32,000 nucleotides of DNA from Xylella taiwanensis (GTDB taxonomy: Bacteria; Pseudomonadota; Gammaproteobacteria; Xanthomonadales; Xanthomonadaceae). Below, one piece after another: positions 28,301 through 32,000 of this stretch (positions are counted from its first letter, which is position 1; the number at the start of each line of letters is the position of its first letter). Both the position numbers and the translations under genes were made by a program. Location: NCBI RefSeq assembly GCF_013177435.1, contig NZ_CP053627.1, positions 1,860,001-1,892,000 of the forward strand, written 5' to 3'. The notes under the pieces were generated by a model. That model had not been told where the DNA came from. It made no database searches and saw only the letters and a program-made list of their open reading frames with translations.

Positions 28301-29758
28301 ATGGCTACTGACATCGCCCCTCCGCAAAATGCCGAGATTCTCGAACGCCTGGGCCAGCGCTACGCAGCCGGCTTCGTGACCGAGATCGAATCCGACTCGC
28401 TGCCGCCAGGCCTCAACGAAGACATTATCCGCGCCCTATCGGCCAAGAAACACGAACCAGACTGGATGACCGAATGGCGCCTAGCCGCCTACCGTCACTG
28501 GCTGAAAATGCCGATGCCAGAATGGGCCAAGCTACACATTGCAGCCATCGATTTTCAAACACTCAGCTACTACTCCGCTCCCAAAGGCCCAAAGTACGCC
28601 TCCTTTGACGAAGTTCCCCAGGAACTGTTGGATACCTACGACAAACTCGGCGTGCCACTGCACGAGCGCGCCAGACTGGCCGGCGTCGCCGTGGATGCAG
28701 TATTCGATTCGGTCTCGGTCGGCACTACCTTCCGCAAAGAATTAGCCGAAAAAGGCATCATTTTCTGCTCAATCTCCGAGGCCATCCAAGAACACCCGGA
28801 TCTGATACGCCAATATCTTGGCAGCGTCGTACCCGTTCGCGACAACTACTTCGCTGCACTAAACTCGGCCGTTTTCTCCGACGGCAGCTTCGTTTTTATC
28901 CCCAAGGGCGTCCGCTGCCCGATGGAATTAAGCACCTACTTCCGCATCAATGCTGGCCACACCGGACAGTTCGAACGCACCCTGATCGTGTGCGAAGAAC
29001 ACGCCTACGTCTCTTATCTGGAAGGCTGCACTGCCCCAATACGTGACGAAAATCAACTTCATGCTGCCGTCGTCGAACTGGTCGCCCAGGAAAATGCAGA
29101 GATTAAATACTCCACCGTGCAGAACTGGTACCCCGGCGACGAAACAGGCCGTGGCGGCATTTACAATTTCGTCACCAAACGCGCCGAGTGCCGCGGTGCA
29201 CGCAGCAAAGTCACCTGGATCCAAGTTGAAACTGGCTCAGCGATCACCTGGAAGTACCCATCCTGCGTATTGCTCGGCAACGATTCAACCGGTGAATTCC
29301 ACTCGGTTGCACTGACCCGCCACCATCAGCAAGCCGACACCGGCACCAAGATGATCCACATTGGCAAACGCACCAAAAGCAAGATCGTCAGCAAAGGGAT
29401 CAGCGCTGGACACGGACAAAATACCTATCGCGGTCTCGTCAAAATCGACCGCAATGCCGAGGGTGCACGCAACCACACCCAATGCGATTCACTCCTCATC
29501 GGCAAACAATGCGGCGCCCACACCTTCCCCTACATCGAAGTCAAGCACCCGGATGCCACCGTCGAACACGAAGCCACCACATCTAAGATCAGCGACGACC
29601 AACTCTTCTACTGCCGCGCACGCGGCATTGCCGAAGAGGATGCCGTATCGATGATCGTCGACGGCTTCTGCAAACAAGTGTTCCGCGAGCTACCAATGGA
29701 ATTCGCCGTCGAAGCCAAAAAACTACTCGACATCTCATTGGAAGGTGCTGTGGGCTGA
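28301..29758 (+). CDS. sufB: Fe-S cluster assembly protein SufB
   Basis: [47 protein letters not shown]..., ...[18 protein letters not shown]..., ...EGCTAP... and the C-terminal [11 protein letters not shown]. The ATG at 28301 (MATDIAPP) lies after the iscR stop; the track start at 28211 overlaps iscR. Confidence 0.95.
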   Translation: MATDIAPPQNAEILERLGQRYAAGFVTEIESDSLPPGLNEDIIRALSAKKHEPDWMTEWRLAAYRHWLKMPMPEWAKLHIAAIDFQTLSYYSAPKGPKYASFDEVPQELLDTYDKLGVPLHERARLAGVAVDAVFDSVSVGTTFRKELAEKGIIFCSISEAIQEHPDLIRQYLGSVVPVRDNYFAALNSAVFSDGSFVFIPKGVRCPMELSTYFRINAGHTGQFERTLIVCEEHAYVSYLEGCTAPIRDENQLHAAVVELVAQENAEIKYSTVQNWYPGDETGRGGIYNFVTKRAECRGARSKVTWIQVETGSAITWKYPSCVLLGNDSTGEFHSVALTRHHQQADTGTKMIHIGKRTKSKIVSKGISAGHGQNTYRGLVKIDRNAEGARNHTQCDSLLIGKQCGAHTFPYIEVKHPDATVEHEATTSKISDDQLFYCRARGIAEEDAVSMIVDGFCKQVFRELPMEFAVEAKKLLDISLEGAVG

Positions 29759-29887
29759 ATCGACACCAGTGATGGGCATGTATGGGCCTCGAACGCCCAG
29801 AGAATGCCTCCACTCAAACAATGGACCCCAAGCCGCCCCAAAAGACTCATCGGCGGACACAAGCCCCACCCTATAGAAACAATGACT

Positions 29888-30727
29888 ATGCTGAAGATCG
29901 ACACTCTCCATGCCTCCGTCGCCGGCAAGGAAATCCTGAAGGGCCTTTCGCTGGACATCGCACCTGGCCAAGTCCACGCCATCATGGGCCCCAACGGCGC
30001 CGGAAAATCCACCCTGGGCAACATCCTCGCTGGCCGCGACGGCTACGACGTCACCGCCGGTCACGTCACCTTCGACAATCGCGCCCTGCTCACCCTCGAA
30101 CCAGAAGAACGCGCCGCTGCTGGTCTGTTCCTGGCATTTCAATACCCAGTAGAAATTCCTGGAGTGAACAACACCTATTTCCTGCGCTCCGCACTCAACG
30201 CACAACGTAAAGCACGCGGCGAAGAAGAACTGGACTCAATACAGTTTCTCAAACGTGTCCGAGAAAAACTGGCTGTATTGCACCTGAAAGACGAACTGTT
30301 GCACCGGGGCCTCAACGAAGGGTTTTCCGGCGGCGAGAAAAAACGCAATGAAATCTTCCAACTCGCCGTACTCGAACCCAAACTGGCCATCCTGGATGAG
30401 ACCGACTCGGGCCTAGACATCGACGCACTGAAAACCGTCGCCGATGGCGTCAACGCGCTGCGCTCTCCGGAACGCTCATTCCTAGTGATCACGCACTACC
30501 AACGCCTGCTCGACTACATCAAGCCGGACGTGGTGCATGTGCTTGCCGAAGGACGCATCGTACAAACCGGCGGCCCTGAACTGGCACTGGAGTTAGAGCG
30601 GCATGGCTACACCTGGTTAAAAGATCGCGTCATGCCAACCAGCGCAACACTGCCTCTGGTACCCCATGATCCGCAAACCAACACAGCCACACCGACGGTC
30701 CCAGCACCCCGGGAAGGTGTTCGATGA
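29888..30727 (+). CDS. sufC: Fe-S cluster assembly ATPase SufC (with a C-terminal Pro/Thr-rich extension)
   Basis: MLKIDTLHASVAGKEILKGLSLDIAPGQVHAIMGPNGAGKSTL (Walker A), signature FSGGEKKRNEI, Walker B LAILDETDSGLD, H-loop ITHY. The stop overlaps the sufD ATG as ATGA. Confidence 0.93.
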   Translation: MLKIDTLHASVAGKEILKGLSLDIAPGQVHAIMGPNGAGKSTLGNILAGRDGYDVTAGHVTFDNRALLTLEPEERAAAGLFLAFQYPVEIPGVNNTYFLRSALNAQRKARGEEELDSIQFLKRVREKLAVLHLKDELLHRGLNEGFSGGEKKRNEIFQLAVLEPKLAILDETDSGLDIDALKTVADGVNALRSPERSFLVITHYQRLLDYIKPDVVHVLAEGRIVQTGGPELALELERHGYTWLKDRVMPTSATLPLVPHDPQTNTATPTVPAPREGVR

Positions 30728-31992
30728 GCACCCTGCTGGACTCACTGGCTTCCGCCTTCCACAACGACAGCCACAGCACCCGCCGTCAAGCACTCGACGA
30801 CGCACGTCGCGACGGTCTGCCCGACCTACACAGCGAAACTTGGAAATACACATCACTACTTGCACTGGAGCGCCGCCACTTTGCCCCAGCACCCGCTACC
30901 GCAGCAGCGATTGACACCACATGGCTAAACACCATCCCGACACCACGGCTGGTCTTCGTCAACGGCCGCCATAGTCCCATCCTGTCCAATCTATCCGGCC
31001 TGCCACAGGGAATCACGATACAACCGCTGTCAGTCACCCTGGCTGATGAGGACGCGAGACTGCGCTTCATTGGCGGCCGGTTCAAACACAGGGATGAGAC
31101 ATTTGCCCGGCTCAACACAGCACTCGCCGACGAAGGCATGCTCCTGCGTGTCGATCAAGACATCACCGTCAACACACCCGTACACCTGATCTGCATCACT
31201 CCCGCCGGCGAAACTAACTACGCTTGGCACCTGCGCCATCAGATCGAACTGCACCGTGGTGCTTCCCTGCAACTCGTCGAACACCAACTGCATACCGGCC
31301 ATGCTGCCCATCTCGGCAACGTACTCACCCGCGTGCATCTCGCACCGGGTGCATACCTGGAACATGCCCGTATGCAAAACGACGCCCCCGGCACGACCTC
31401 ACTCCTGCGGACCGACGCCGTACTGGCACACGAGGCCAAATATCGCCGCGTAGACATGGAACTCGGAGCAAGCCTGTCACGCCATGAACTCAACGTACGC
31501 CTGGAAGGCGAGAACGCCCGCCTGATCGCCAACGGCATCCTGTTAGGTAACCTCACACGCCATCTGGATACACGTCTGCACATCGAGCACATCGCCCGCC
31601 ATACTGCATGCGAACTCCTATGGCGCGGCATCGGCACCGACCGCAGCCGTGTGGTATTTCATGGCGGCATCCACATCCATGAAGGTGCTGACGGCGCCGA
31701 TGCCCGTCTGTCAAACAAGAACCTACTGCTATCGGCCAACGCAGAAATCGATACACAACCCGTCTTGGTGATCAACGCAGACGAAGTTCAGGCCGCACAC
31801 GGCGCCACCGTCGGCCAACTCGACCAACAGGCCCTGTTCTACCTACGCACCCGCGGTATTCCTCAAGCCACAGCTCAACAGCTGCTCAGCACAGCGTTCT
31901 GCCACGAACCACTCACCATGTTGGACAGCACCCTGGCCAACATGCTGCTGACACCACTGAATCACGCACTGGACACGACATGGATGGCATGA
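30724..31992 (+). CDS. sufD: Fe-S cluster assembly protein SufD
   Basis: 422 aa. ...RRQALDDARRDGLPDLHSETWKYTSL..., beta-helix core, and C-terminal EIDTQPVLVINADEVQAAHGATVGQLDQQALFYLRTRGIPQATAQQLL, all typical of SufD. Confidence 0.9.
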   Translation: MSTLLDSLASAFHNDSHSTRRQALDDARRDGLPDLHSETWKYTSLLALERRHFAPAPATAAAIDTTWLNTIPTPRLVFVNGRHSPILSNLSGLPQGITIQPLSVTLADEDARLRFIGGRFKHRDETFARLNTALADEGMLLRVDQDITVNTPVHLICITPAGETNYAWHLRHQIELHRGASLQLVEHQLHTGHAAHLGNVLTRVHLAPGAYLEHARMQNDAPGTTSLLRTDAVLAHEAKYRRVDMELGASLSRHELNVRLEGENARLIANGILLGNLTRHLDTRLHIEHIARHTACELLWRGIGTDRSRVVFHGGIHIHEGADGADARLSNKNLLLSANAEIDTQPVLVINADEVQAAHGATVGQLDQQALFYLRTRGIPQATAQQLLSTAFCHEPLTMLDSTLANMLLTPLNHALDTTWMA

Positions 31993-32000
31993 ACACTTCG

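Noticed and set aside
28539-31756. Many 60-156-aa ORFs overlapping sufB, sufC and sufD on both strands
   Set aside because: They are shadow ORFs inside well-supported suf genes, with Arg/Pro/Ser-rich compositions.
31989-32000. ATGAACACTTCG overlapping the sufD stop, possibly the start of the next suf gene (a sufS-type cysteine desulfurase)
   Set aside because: Only 4 codons are visible, which cannot support a call.

Overview
The window looks like chromosomal DNA from a Xanthomonadaceae-type gammaproteobacterium. Gene content and order (lptM-dapF-DUF484-xerC ... hslVU, iscR-sufBCD, ubiE) and the moderate GC suggest Xylella or a close relative, but this is inference and needs BLAST. I can support 21 intact protein genes. 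They are a TonB-dependent receptor (runs off the left edge), a DUF192 protein, a SirB1-like protein, an H-NS-like protein, a MarR regulator, a thioredoxin-fold lipoprotein, an M1 aminopeptidase lipoprotein, UbiE, an exported DUF2252 kinase-fold protein, HslU, HslV, XerC, a DUF484 protein, DapF, LptM, oligopeptidase B, a SET-domain protein, IscR and SufBCD. By my tally these cover about 19 kb, roughly 59% of the window. The rest consists of long AT-rich, G-poor stretches on the given strand with no credible ORFs: 3.1-4.6 kb, 5.0-7.9 kb, 8.7-9.5 kb, 18.5-20.9 kb and 25.8-27.2 kb. One of them holds a clearly recognisable but shattered IS5-family transposase gene. I found no tRNA, rRNA, CRISPR array, integrase or recognisable defence or secretion cluster, and I cannot point to a coherent novel multi-gene system. 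The most unusual signals are the decayed island around a lone H-NS-like gene, the 2.4 kb ORF-free insert between xerC and hslV, a 12-codon extension ahead of the catalytic Thr of HslV, an exported DUF2252 protein, a SET-domain gene divergent from the suf operon, and a few small repeats and palindromes. Start codons are my best guesses from signal peptides, Shine-Dalgarno (SD) sites and family N-termini.
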